DNA from: Bacteroidales bacterium | GTDB lineage: Bacteria > Bacteroidota > Bacteroidia > Bacteroidales > CAIWKO01 | Reading direction: 5' to 3' | DNA: 44,085 nucleotides | NCBI GenBank assembly: GCA_035371225.1 | Contig: DAOOWO010000001.1 | Span: 1 to 44,085 of the forward strand | Part shown: piece after piece, positions 1 to 8,932 of the stretch | Position numbering within the stretch: position 1 is the first letter of the stretch | How the letters are laid out: each line of letters starts with the position of its first letter | Made by a program: the position numbers and the translations under genes | Notes under the pieces: generated by a model | The model's database searches: none | Told to the model about the DNA's origin: nothing | What the model saw: the letters and a program-made list of their open reading frames with translations, nothing else

Positions 1-1208
1 CCTACAATTTTTCCGCTGGCGTTAAACAATGGGGAACCGGAAGATCCCTGTTCGGTTACGCCGTGGTCGGTAACTGTTTGAGCCCAGATTACCTGCCAGT
101 GTGAACTTGGAGCCCCGTATGTCACCGATGCCAGTGCGGTAGAATAGGTAGAGATTTTCATGATGTCGGCCTGAGGATGATGTATGCTAACGCCGCTTGT
201 GCTACCGGAACCACTGTGATCCCACCCATTATAATAAGCATTTAAGGTGTTCAGGATCGGAGTATTAATCTGTACCAGGCAAAAATCTGAACCCGAGTGG
301 TTTGACCCATAGGTATCATGTGCCTTGAGGGTACATCCCGTCTTAACAAAAGTGCCAGAAGGGGTTGTGCCTTCGCAGGTGGATGCTTCGTAATGAAAAT
401 AAAATTTCCAGGCATTACAGTCAGCAGCAGAAGGATAGCCGCTATTATAAATGCAGTGGTCGGCCAAAAGTACATAAGGAGTGCAATTTTGACTGGTATT
501 ATTTACCAAAGACCCAGTGCAGTTAAAAATTCCGGAGCCCACTTTGATGTCGAGCATACATACACCTTTTTTTTCATTCTGCCAGTTAGCACCTTCCGGA
601 CAGTTTATATTGACTTCACAAACATCGGAACCTTTATTGCCCTGATATTCGTCAGCCCGGTAATAATACTCAAGATCAGTTATATGTAACGAAACATTTG
701 ATTTTTGATGGTTGGGAACATATAATTCAAGGGTTAATTCATCTCCGGAAATTTTTTCATGGGTGAAAAAATGATCCTCCGTATTATTGAACGATGTGTA
801 GGCGCCAATAGTTTGTGTTTTCTTGGCATTATATAAAAACAGCGTAGCACCTTCTGGAAGAAAAAATGATTGGTATTCCAGTCCTATAGCTTTTGCGTTG
901 GCCGATTTAATGGTAAGCCGCCATATACTGGCATCTTCTTCCGGTATATCTGTCCAGGTACCGGCATTGTTCAGGTTAAAATCCACAGGAACAACAACCC
1001 CGATTCTATAAGCTTCACTTTTGGCGGCCCGTTCATTATCTTCAGCGGCCAATTGCAACAAATCCGGGCCCTGAACCCAAACATAGTCGATGTCGGTTGG
1101 TAAGTTCTTGTAAAAGAAACTGTGAGGGGTTCCGACTGCGTTGTCTTGTGAAAATGCCCATGTAAAACTAATACAAAGGAAAACTAATGGAAGTAGTGTT
1201 TTTTTCAT
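1..1208 (-). CDS. Exported trypsin-fold (S1) serine endopeptidase, lysyl-endopeptidase-like; 3' end lies outside the window (partial)
   Basis: Absent from the supplied ORF track because it is open at the window edge. My minus-strand translation from ATG 1208..1206 reads MKKTLLPLVFLCISFTWAFSQ (signal peptide), then YVLLADHC (catalytic-His context), then TEQGSSGSPLFNASGKIVG (GSSGSP catalytic-Ser motif of lysyl/glutamyl-endopeptidase-type S1 enzymes). No stop occurs down to nt 1. Listed ORFs between 251 and 1103 are shadow frames inside it. Confidence 0.75.
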   Translation of the reverse strand, partial: MKKTLLPLVFLCISFTWAFSQDNAVGTPHSFFYKNLPTDIDYVWVQGPDLLQLAAEDNERAAKSEAYRIGVVVPVDFNLNNAGTWTDIPEEDASIWRLTIKSANAKAIGLEYQSFFLPEGATLFLYNAKKTQTIGAYTSFNNTEDHFFTHEKISGDELTLELYVPNHQKSNVSLHITDLEYYYRADEYQGNKGSDVCEVNINCPEGANWQNEKKGVCMLDIKVGSGIFNCTGSLVNNTSQNCTPYVLLADHCIYNSGYPSAADCNAWKFYFHYEASTCEGTTPSGTFVKTGCTLKAHDTYGSNHSGSDFCLVQINTPILNTLNAYYNGWDHSGSGSTSGVSIHHPQADIMKISTYSTALASVTYGAPSSHWQVIWAQTVTDHGVTEQGSSGSPLFNASGKIV

Positions 1209-1246
1209 TTTTTGTAGTTAATTGTTAGCTATTGATTTGAATATTG

Positions 1247-1254
1247 CAAAATTA
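1247..1254 (-). promoter_or_regulatory. Candidate Bacteroidota sigma-A -7 box (TAATTTTG) for the S1 protease gene
   Basis: The reverse complement of caaaatta matches TAnnTTTG. It lies about 39 nt upstream of ATG 1208. Confidence 0.4.
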
Positions 1255-1289
1255 TGAAATTTTGCAGGCACTCATTAATATTTTGACAA

Positions 1290-2432
1290 TTAATTTGCCA
1301 TCAAATCAAAAATATTTTCTAGATCCACTTTGTCCATTAGAAAATTGTCGCCGTTTACCTTATTGGTAATCAGGTTGTTGATTATCTCAATTTTATGGCG
1401 AGAACCGAGTCCCAAATCACTTAGTTTTGTCGGGGCGCCCAGTTGTTTAAAAAACATTTCAAAACCTTGTATGGTTACCGTAGGGTCAGGAGTATTAAAG
1501 AGTTCTTTTCCCAAAAAGGAGAGTTTTTCGCCTATTTGATTTTTGAAGTATTTCATCCAAGCCGGATAAGCTATCGAAAGAGAAGCTCCATGAGGAACAT
1601 CATAAAGCACCGACAGTGAATGACCTATGCCGTGTACTCCCCAGTCACCATTTTTTTTCCCGTAGGAGGTCATACCATTCAGGGCGCAGGTAGCTGCAAA
1701 CATTATTTTTTCACGGTATTCGTACTTGTTGAGGTGTTTTAGGAGCAAAGGGCCATATTCCATAGCTTCTTTAATAATGGAAGAAATGAAACGGTCGGTC
1801 AATGAAGTTTCTCCTTTGCCGAAAAATCCTTCCAGCGCATGTGCCACAAGGTCAACAATTCCATAAGCCGTATAATCTGCCGGCACCGAATAGGTAAATA
1901 CCGGATCAAGAAATGAATGTTTGGGAAAAATAAGCGGGCTGAAATACCCGGGTTTTTGTTTGGTCAGGTCGTTCTGAACAACGGCAAACGGGTTCATTTC
2001 AGACCCGGTGGCAGCAAGGGTCAACACGGCTATCAGGGGAATGGATCTGACCGGTTTAACTTTATTTTCCATGATATCCCAGGCGGTGTTTTGCATAGGA
2101 ACAGCCAAAGCAATTATTTTTGCCGAATCAATAACGCTGCCTCCGCCCACGGCGACAATCACGTCAACCTGGTTGTCTCTTCCAACTGCGGCTGCTGCAT
2201 CCACATCGCTGATAACAGGGTTTGATTTTATGCCTGAATATTCATAAACACTAGCGTTGGCTATATTAATCTGGTTTATAATCTGGCGGTAAATATCATT
2301 GGTTTTAATGGAATTTTTTCCATAAACCAGCAATACTCGCTTGCCATATTTTCCGAGCACTTTGGACAAATCGTCAATTACGCCCCGTCCAAAATGCAAA
2401 CAGGTGGGGTTGTTGATAATAAAATTCTCCAT
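1290..2432 (-). CDS. Iron-containing (group III) alcohol dehydrogenase, butanol-dehydrogenase/YqhD-like
   Basis: 380-aa ORF with ATG at 2432. Carries the GGGSVIDSAK motif and a His-rich metal site (DLVAHALE, WGVHGIGHSLS, VPHGASL) typical of Fe-ADH family enzymes. Confidence 0.9.
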   Translation of the reverse strand: MENFIINNPTCLHFGRGVIDDLSKVLGKYGKRVLLVYGKNSIKTNDIYRQIINQINIANASVYEYSGIKSNPVISDVDAAAAVGRDNQVDVIVAVGGGSVIDSAKIIALAVPMQNTAWDIMENKVKPVRSIPLIAVLTLAATGSEMNPFAVVQNDLTKQKPGYFSPLIFPKHSFLDPVFTYSVPADYTAYGIVDLVAHALEGFFGKGETSLTDRFISSIIKEAMEYGPLLLKHLNKYEYREKIMFAATCALNGMTSYGKKNGDWGVHGIGHSLSVLYDVPHGASLSIAYPAWMKYFKNQIGEKLSFLGKELFNTPDPTVTIQGFEMFFKQLGAPTKLSDLGLGSRHKIEIINNLITNKVNGDNFLMDKVDLENIFDLMAN

Positions 2433-2541
2433 ATTGTAATATTTTTATTGGATAATTGATATTAAGTGCCGTCCTGTCGCCATAAAACAAATATTTCTGT
2501 TTTTTAATAAAATATTTTAAAAATATTTTTCAATGGTAATA

Positions 2542-5500
2542 TTAATATTTGATTAACAGGCGTTTTTCGGTAGTCTTGTCGTAAAGAAGTTTTAGAATAA
2601 AAACCCCTTTGGATAAATTTAGCTTGTTTGAATTTATAAATACATTGTGTTTTCCTTCCGGATATACTTCATCTGCTATCAGTATTTCCCTTCCCAGTAG
2701 GTCTGTAATAGTCAGCTTTATCCGTTGCTCACCTTTTGCATAGAAAGAAAGAGTGGTGTTTTCATTGAAAGGGTTGGGATATACCTCAATAATTTGGTCA
2801 TTGACATTTTCGTCAATGGCAGTGGCAGTGTTTACGGTTACGCCGTCTGAGTTGCATATGGTTTCAAGACCGGCACCATTGACAGTTTTTATGCTGAAAT
2901 AATAGGATTGGCCGTCTGTAAGGGCCAGTCCTGTTCTGGTTACTGAAGTATTCAGGGCATTGTCGGTCCATGAGGTAACATCTGTGGCTCCCTGCGAAGT
3001 CCCAATGGCATACCAGTATTTTGTAATGCCGGAGTTGGAATCAATCGAGGAGGCCCAATTGGCCGAAAGCGTCGTAAGGGAGGACGTGGTGCTGAGGTCA
3101 TTGCCGGTGCCATCATTAACGGCAGTACATAACGGATGCGTCCAATCTACATTGATGTTATAGTAGTCGATAGCGGAAAGATTACCTGCGGCATCGTTGA
3201 CAATGGATTTTACTTTAGCCCCATAGGTGGCAGGGTTGGGGTTTTGAAAACGAATATCTTTTGTTGGTGATGCGCCAACAGTAATTGTAACGGAAGGATA
3301 TCTCGACCTGTAAACTTTTATTTCGTTGAAGTATACCTTGCTGTGCCCGGTGCGGAAAGAAAAATGGTTTGCCGTGGTTGTCAGCGGATTGGGGTCAGTC
3401 CATGTCCCGAGAAGGATATTGTCGCGGTACACCGAAATTTTTCCCGTTATTCTGTCGTGGATAACTTTGATATTATACCATTGACCTAAAGTAGTAACAA
3501 TATTGTTAATAACAAATACCTGTGTAAACACATCGTTTTCTACACGGTAAAATTCCAGTTTAGAAGTTTCCTGCCTGAAAAAGATAAAGTAGGAATTTCC
3601 CCTGTTGGTAAGGCTTCCGTTATCGCAATAAAAATGGATACCAAACCGGTGCTGATTTGTTCCACAGGTAGCCGGGTCCATTTTTACATTAAAATCATAT
3701 AAATATCTATTAGAGAGTCCCTGATTTAAAGCCGCATAAATATTGGTGTTGTTCACCGAAGTGTCTGTCTGGATGAGGCATCCGCCATTGACAACCCAGG
3801 TGCCTCCCGCTGCCGGAACCGACCAGACAGAAGACACATAACTGTCAAAATTATCCCCAAAGAAGCCTCTTGAGGCATTGGCATGCCATTCTGTGCCATC
3901 GTATTCAAGAACCTGGTAATAGCGTTTTTCTATACCTGATCCGCCAGTATTGTCCGTATCGGTAAAGTCGGCCGTAAAATCCTGTGTTTGCCATGTCCCC
4001 GTAACACTTGCAACGGTTGTCGGAGCAACAATATCTGGTTGTACCGATGTCCAGGTCGCTGCCCAACCGGCTGCCGTTGTTGCGCAATCGGAGCGCCATT
4101 CGATAAAAAGTGCTCCTCCGGTAATAGTGATGGTGGTGGGCGCCACGGTATTGTATCTGCCAATTAACGGTGCAAATTCATTGGTGCCATTATAAATATA
4201 CAGAAAGTCATAATCGGCTTCCACATTAAAGGAAGTAAAAGTCAGGGTGATGCTGGTGGCTCCTCCAGCCGGCTGAATAAGCCAGAATTTTCGTTCGTCA
4301 TTGGAGTAATTGGCGCCACTACCACCCGTATCATAAAAAGAACCGGAAGCCGCCGTATAGTTGATAACTGGTGTTGTATTATTCATCAGTTTGTAATAAT
4401 AATCCCAGTTCCAGTTTATTCCGGGGTCAGTATGTGTCTGGTCGGGATAATGCTGATGTCCTCTTATCTTTGTGCAGGCCGTTACGCCGCCCAAATCGTG
4501 CAGGCCGTCGTCCAGTTGAGTACCGTTATCCAATGTTTCACGAAAAAATGTTCTGAGAGGGTTGATGCCGTATGCAGCGCAAATATCCCGCGAAAGTGCT
4601 GCCGAACTCTGATACATGGCTTCGGTGTACCATTGCGGATCGTCCACATATCCTTCATGTTCATAACCTATGGTATAAGAATTTGCCGAGCCTACATGCC
4701 ATGCCTTGTTAGACTCAAGAACCATCTGACAAAGCTGGCCGTTGGAAGATTTTACCACATACTGGGTGGAAACCTGCGAGGAGGTATTTTGAAACCAGCT
4801 TATACATCCGGCATAACTTCCCTGTACTGTGTGCATAACAAGGGCTGAGATGGCTGTACCGTTTCTTGAACTATAATTGGGTGAGGTCACCCAGTTGCAA
4901 TTAGTAAAATTATAATCAGGGCACGTGGTTTTTGTTCCCAGGGACTTATAACGACAGCCATTATCATTTTCAATGGATTCCTCAGCAAAAAACAAACGTG
5001 GACTGTTAAAAATTTTAAGATTATTTTTTCCGAATAATTTACTTAAGTCAAATGAATATTTTGGGAAATTGTATTTTGCCTGATTTCCAGGATTATTCAA
5101 AAAAACAAAAACGTCAAATATCTGGGAGTTTAATGCAAAATCATTTCCTACTTTATTGTCTTCAACAGGAATTTCGCTAAGCATAACCAGGGTGTTATAA
5201 ATTTTTTTCGACAATTGCTGGCTGGTGTCCGGTAAGGTCATGCTATATTGAAATGCCGAGGCATAGGCAAGAATGTTTTTTCGCGGATTGTTGATAATAT
5301 CCAGAACCGGAATGGATGAAAGCGCAGATACCGTGGTTAAGTTTTCGCGAAAATAGTTTTTGCCATCAAGCACCAAACCCATAACGCCGTATGAGGCCGG
5401 AATGCCTGTACAGCCCGGTTCTTCCACCTGTGGATTGATATGACGTATGCGTGTGTTGGTATAGGCCACGGCTTCAAGCACGCCAGCGGGAACAGCCGGG

Positions 5501-5616
5501 TTTAATTGGTAAGCTTCTTCAAAATATTGCCTGTAAGGGTAGTTATTTTCGGATTGTTGTGCAAAAGCGGCAGACAGGGGAATTAATATTACAATCAGTA
5601 GTAAAAATTTCTTCAT
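2542..5616 (-). CDS. T9SS-secreted multidomain N-acetylmuramoyl-L-alanine amidase (amidase_2/PGRP type) with CUB-like, ConA/LamG-like and FN3-like modules
   Basis: 1024 aa with a signal peptide (MKKFLLLIVILIPLSAAFAQ). Amidase_2 core: AWHVGSANSYTIGYEHEG, then IRGHQHYPDQTHTDPG. CUB-like block: FYDTGGSGANYSNDERKFWLIQPAGGATSITLTFTSFNVEADYDFLYIYNG, ending FIEWRSD. C-terminal T9SS sorting domain: IEVYPNPFNENTTLSF through GVFILKL. Confidence 0.85.
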   Translation of the reverse strand: MKKFLLLIVILIPLSAAFAQQSENNYPYRQYFEEAYQLNPAVPAGVLEAVAYTNTRIRHINPQVEEPGCTGIPASYGVMGLVLDGKNYFRENLTTVSALSSIPVLDIINNPRKNILAYASAFQYSMTLPDTSQQLSKKIYNTLVMLSEIPVEDNKVGNDFALNSQIFDVFVFLNNPGNQAKYNFPKYSFDLSKLFGKNNLKIFNSPRLFFAEESIENDNGCRYKSLGTKTTCPDYNFTNCNWVTSPNYSSRNGTAISALVMHTVQGSYAGCISWFQNTSSQVSTQYVVKSSNGQLCQMVLESNKAWHVGSANSYTIGYEHEGYVDDPQWYTEAMYQSSAALSRDICAAYGINPLRTFFRETLDNGTQLDDGLHDLGGVTACTKIRGHQHYPDQTHTDPGINWNWDYYYKLMNNTTPVINYTAASGSFYDTGGSGANYSNDERKFWLIQPAGGATSITLTFTSFNVEADYDFLYIYNGTNEFAPLIGRYNTVAPTTITITGGALFIEWRSDCATTAAGWAATWTSVQPDIVAPTTVASVTGTWQTQDFTADFTDTDNTGGSGIEKRYYQVLEYDGTEWHANASRGFFGDNFDSYVSSVWSVPAAGGTWVVNGGCLIQTDTSVNNTNIYAALNQGLSNRYLYDFNVKMDPATCGTNQHRFGIHFYCDNGSLTNRGNSYFIFFRQETSKLEFYRVENDVFTQVFVINNIVTTLGQWYNIKVIHDRITGKISVYRDNILLGTWTDPNPLTTTANHFSFRTGHSKVYFNEIKVYRSRYPSVTITVGASPTKDIRFQNPNPATYGAKVKSIVNDAAGNLSAIDYYNINVDWTHPLCTAVNDGTGNDLSTTSSLTTLSANWASSIDSNSGITKYWYAIGTSQGATDVTSWTDNALNTSVTRTGLALTDGQSYYFSIKTVNGAGLETICNSDGVTVNTATAIDENVNDQIIEVYPNPFNENTTLSFYAKGEQRIKLTITDLLGREILIADEVYPEGKHNVFINSNKLNLSKGVFILKLLYDKTTEKRLLIKY

Positions 5617-5632
5617 AAATCATACTTTTTTA

Positions 5633-5640
5633 CAAATATA
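5633..5640 (-). promoter_or_regulatory. Candidate -7 box (TATATTTG) for the amidase gene
   Basis: The reverse complement of caaatata matches TAnnTTTG, 17 nt upstream of ATG 5616. Confidence 0.4.
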
Positions 5641-5728
5641 AAAAGAAACATTGAAAAAAAATCGGAGATTTTCGTTTTAATACCTCCGATCTGCGGTAAT
5701 TTACATAGATGGCATCTTTGACTTACAA

Positions 5729-8700
5729 TTAATGCAAAAAGGCATCATATACTGTTTGCTGTATATTTTGGCGAATCCGATATGTATTTATTTTCTGATT
5801 GGAAATTTTGGGATATACCCTGTTGGATAAAAACACATATACAAGGTCGTTTTCCGGATCTGCCCAAACACAAGTACCTGTAAAGCCTGTATGCCCGTAT
5901 GTTGACAATGATGCGCCGGGGGCCACCATTTTGGCATCCGCTTTACCTTTTCGATCGAAGCCCAATCCGCGGTAAGTTCCGCCCTGTGCCGTGGTAAAGA
6001 GTGCCACGGTCTTTTCGGAAAAATAACGGACACCGCCATAAGTTCCTTTATTAAGCAACAGTTGCATCAGTACACCCAGATCGTGGGCATCGGAAAAAAG
6101 GCCGGCGTTGCCTCCGACACCTCCCAACAGAGCCGCCATTGGGTCGTGAACATAACCATGGATCAACTGTTTTCTGAAATATTTTTCATCCTCGGTAGGC
6201 ACTATTTCTTTCTTTTCATATTTTTCCAAAGGATGAAATCCTATGCGGTTTAGGTTGAGCAACGCAAAAAAAGACTGGTCGAGGTATTTGTCAAGCTGAG
6301 TTTTGGCGACTTTTTCCACCACTTTCATTACCAGATAAAAGTTCAGGTCGCTATACAGGTAATCCTTATTTTGGCTCATCCACATCTGCTTGGCCAATTG
6401 CCAGAGCGAGTCCTGAATCACGTTGCGCAGAAATAAATTCTTTGCAATTTCCAGTTTATAATCCGGTGACCGGTTTTTTGAAAAAACATAACGCAACAGG
6501 GAATCCTCTTCTGCATCAAGCAAGGCCGTATCGATACCGGTAACGTAATCGTATTCCCCGTTGGCAGTTGATGTAATGCTTTCTGGCGTTGTACCCGTCA
6601 TATTCTCCATCTGTTTTTTCATAATTTTCAACGCTGACTTCGGCGAAATAAACAAACCTATCGGTAATCCCTCGGGTAATCCGGATTTATGTGTGAGCAA
6701 TGCGCGCAAAGTAACAAAGTTGAGCTTAGAAAATCTCACTTTTTGCCCGCAGGCATTTTTGTCAAGGTCGTCGAAATAATAATTCAGCGTGGTGTCGAGT
6801 TTAATTTTCCCCTTGTCGTAAAGAGCCATCAGCGCCAGCGTAGTGGCCGCCACTTTTGTTACCGAAGCCACATCATAAAGATCAGTATTTTTAACTTTCT
6901 CTTTTTTGTCGTAAGTATGTGTGCCGAAGCTTTTATTATAAAAAACTTTTCCGTTGCGGGCAAAAAAGACCTGGCATCCGGGGAATGCGCCGTTTCCGAT
7001 AGCAAAGTTGATAATAGAATCTATTTTATAAAGTCTGGAGCCGTTGACGCCAGCATCTTCGGGCGAAGTATATTTAAACCGGATAGCCTGGTCTACCGCA
7101 ATTCCATCCTTATAACAAAATTCCTGTGAACAGGAATAGGGCATAGTGCCCTTTACGGTTTCTCCGCCAAAAATCACTGAACAGAGGTTTTGCCCCGCAC
7201 AGGGGACTATACACGGGCTCCAAAGCATACAGGGTGCACGATCAAATATGCCCAAAAACCGGGTGCTTCCAATAACGGTCAGTACGAGTTTTTTCTTTCG
7301 GGATAATTTTTCTATCAGCAGCCTGAATTTTTCTGCATGGGCATAAAGGTCGGGGGACTCGAACACGTTTAGTAGAATTAATGTAGCTGATGACAGCCAC
7401 GGTCCGGCATCCTTGAGAGCCTCATCGGGATTAGTATACCGACGGCCTGTTGCAGATGTGGAATAATTCTTCAGGGCATTAAAAAATTCATTGTCTGATT
7501 TATTACCAATTTGCAGCACAGCAATTTTTTCTTTTTCATAACGGCGAAGCGGCACGATGTTTTCGCGGTTGTTGAGCAGTACTGCCGAAGCCTCAACTAC
7601 TCTATGATATAACTGCTTGCTTCTGGCCGAGGTGCAAACAAAGTCCGCACTGTCGGCATTGGTTGCCAGCATGTTGTTTTGCAACACCCACGATTTAATC
7701 ATTAATATGCGTTTTACCTTTTTGTCCAGCACATCCCCTGCAATTTTTCCATTAGCAATGCCCTGGATGATTTTGGTTGCAAGTTCCTTTTTTCCCTCAT
7801 TAAGAACAAGCATGTCGCAGCCCGAATTAAGTATGGTATAAGCCGCTGATTCGTCCTGTAACGGTTGCGAAAAACAGGACAATATCAGTCCCTGGTATTT
7901 GTATGTATTAACAAGCGAATCGCAGGTCTTGGTTCCGTTACAGTTCACTAAAACACTTTGCAATCCACTGCAGGCAAGACCGGACAAAACCTTCTTCCGT
8001 AACGAATCGAAAGCAGGTAAATCAAAAGCTGGCGTATTTTCTTCACTATTGTTAAAACCATGTGCGCATGCTAAAATGCCGGCTTCCCGAAACAAACGGT
8101 TTTGTTTAAGCAGTTTTTTTTGTAATCCACTGATAAATGAAATACTTGACCTGTCGTAAGGGATATCCTGATTGGCGGTTATTGCCTGTAGTGGCAAGAG
8201 CATGTTGATGTGTATTCCGTAATGCTTCATTTGCATGGTGATATGCTCCGACAAGGTTTTTATGAGGTTTGTGTCATTTAACAGATCGATACCAGGCATG
8301 GTTGCACAGGTAGAAAGACTATCGTCGGGACTGCAAAAACCGCAGGGTGCATTAACTGCAAATAATATCGGAACCCGGGTGTTTTCCCCGAGAAGCCTTG
8401 TGGTTTGGCCCAGCCGGCGGGCAGAACCTGCCGCAATATATATCCCGCCAGGTTTCACGGCTTTTACTTCCTCAATCAGTATTTCTTTTTTTTGATTGGT
8501 ATTAATGCAGGTCATCAGCAGTTGCCCGGCTTTTTCTTCCACACTCATACAGGCCATCAGCGAATCTGCCCATGCTGATTTTTGTGACAAAAACGCTACG
8601 CTTGTGTTTTGCAGCTCCGGAGTATTGATGTTCTTCTTCTTGAAAAAAAATGCGAACACAGCAATAACCGCAACACAAATAATGATTGCAAAAAATATCT

Positions 8701-8734
8701 TTTTTTTATGCGGGTATATCCAGGCTTTTATCAT
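5729..8734 (-). CDS. Membrane-anchored fusion of a glycoside hydrolase family 3-like N-terminal region with a beta-lactamase-fold serine hydrolase (PBP/esterase-like)
   Basis: The track ORF starts at a TTG (8767). The first ATG is 8734 (MIKAWIYPHKKKIFFAIIICVAVIAVFAFFF, a TM anchor). GH3-like opening: SVEEKAGQLLM, KPGGIYI. The C-terminal half has the SxxK motif (ASVTKV), YSD (YxN-like) and GHTGFTGT (KTG-like) of class C beta-lactamase-fold enzymes. Confidence 0.8.
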   Translation of the reverse strand: MIKAWIYPHKKKIFFAIIICVAVIAVFAFFFKKKNINTPELQNTSVAFLSQKSAWADSLMACMSVEEKAGQLLMTCINTNQKKEILIEEVKAVKPGGIYIAAGSARRLGQTTRLLGENTRVPILFAVNAPCGFCSPDDSLSTCATMPGIDLLNDTNLIKTLSEHITMQMKHYGIHINMLLPLQAITANQDIPYDRSSISFISGLQKKLLKQNRLFREAGILACAHGFNNSEENTPAFDLPAFDSLRKKVLSGLACSGLQSVLVNCNGTKTCDSLVNTYKYQGLILSCFSQPLQDESAAYTILNSGCDMLVLNEGKKELATKIIQGIANGKIAGDVLDKKVKRILMIKSWVLQNNMLATNADSADFVCTSARSKQLYHRVVEASAVLLNNRENIVPLRRYEKEKIAVLQIGNKSDNEFFNALKNYSTSATGRRYTNPDEALKDAGPWLSSATLILLNVFESPDLYAHAEKFRLLIEKLSRKKKLVLTVIGSTRFLGIFDRAPCMLWSPCIVPCAGQNLCSVIFGGETVKGTMPYSCSQEFCYKDGIAVDQAIRFKYTSPEDAGVNGSRLYKIDSIINFAIGNGAFPGCQVFFARNGKVFYNKSFGTHTYDKKEKVKNTDLYDVASVTKVAATTLALMALYDKGKIKLDTTLNYYFDDLDKNACGQKVRFSKLNFVTLRALLTHKSGLPEGLPIGLFISPKSALKIMKKQMENMTGTTPESITSTANGEYDYVTGIDTALLDAEEDSLLRYVFSKNRSPDYKLEIAKNLFLRNVIQDSLWQLAKQMWMSQNKDYLYSDLNFYLVMKVVEKVAKTQLDKYLDQSFFALLNLNRIGFHPLEKYEKKEIVPTEDEKYFRKQLIHGYVHDPMAALLGGVGGNAGLFSDAHDLGVLMQLLLNKGTYGGVRYFSEKTVALFTTAQGGTYRGLGFDRKGKADAKMVAPGASLSTYGHTGFTGTCVWADPENDLVYVFLSNRVYPKISNQKINTYRIRQNIQQTVYDAFLH

Positions 8735-8766
8735 TTGAAATATTGTGCAATGCGAATATACAAACA

Positions 8767-8793
8767 AAAGGCATTCGTTCTGCGGATGCCTTT
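8767..8793 (-). terminator. Intrinsic terminator candidate downstream of sppA
   Basis: 11-bp stem aaaggcattcg / cggatgccttt (one G-U pair) with a 5-nt loop. On the minus strand it is followed by TTTTGTTTG. Confidence 0.45.
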
Positions 8794-8932
8794 ATAACAA
8801 AGTGAAAAGGCCGTTACACAGGGTAATGATAATTTCCTGAAGTTTTTTGTTCCGTTTCTGCTTTGCAGCGCGGCGAAACATTAACGGGGAAACCCTTTGC
8901 AACAGCCTTTTATTTTATGCGAATCAGTCTAA

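Noticed and set aside
251-1103. Four short ORFs from the track: 251..475 on the minus strand, and 318..689, 823..1011 and 870..1103 on the plus strand.
   Set aside because: All lie inside the edge-truncated S1 protease gene (1..1208, minus), whose frame is open throughout and carries the catalytic motifs.
2508-2529. AT-only palindromes (aaaatatttt, aaaaatattttt) downstream of the amidase gene, considered as a possible terminator or repeat element.
   Set aside because: Pure A/T self-complementarity gives negligible stem stability and is expected by chance in AT-rich spacers, so I did not call a feature.
8735-8767. An 11-codon TTG-initiated extension of the GH3/beta-lactamase ORF.
   Set aside because: It would place the start codon inside the stem of the sppA terminator hairpin. 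The ATG at 8734 precedes a normal positively charged TM anchor.
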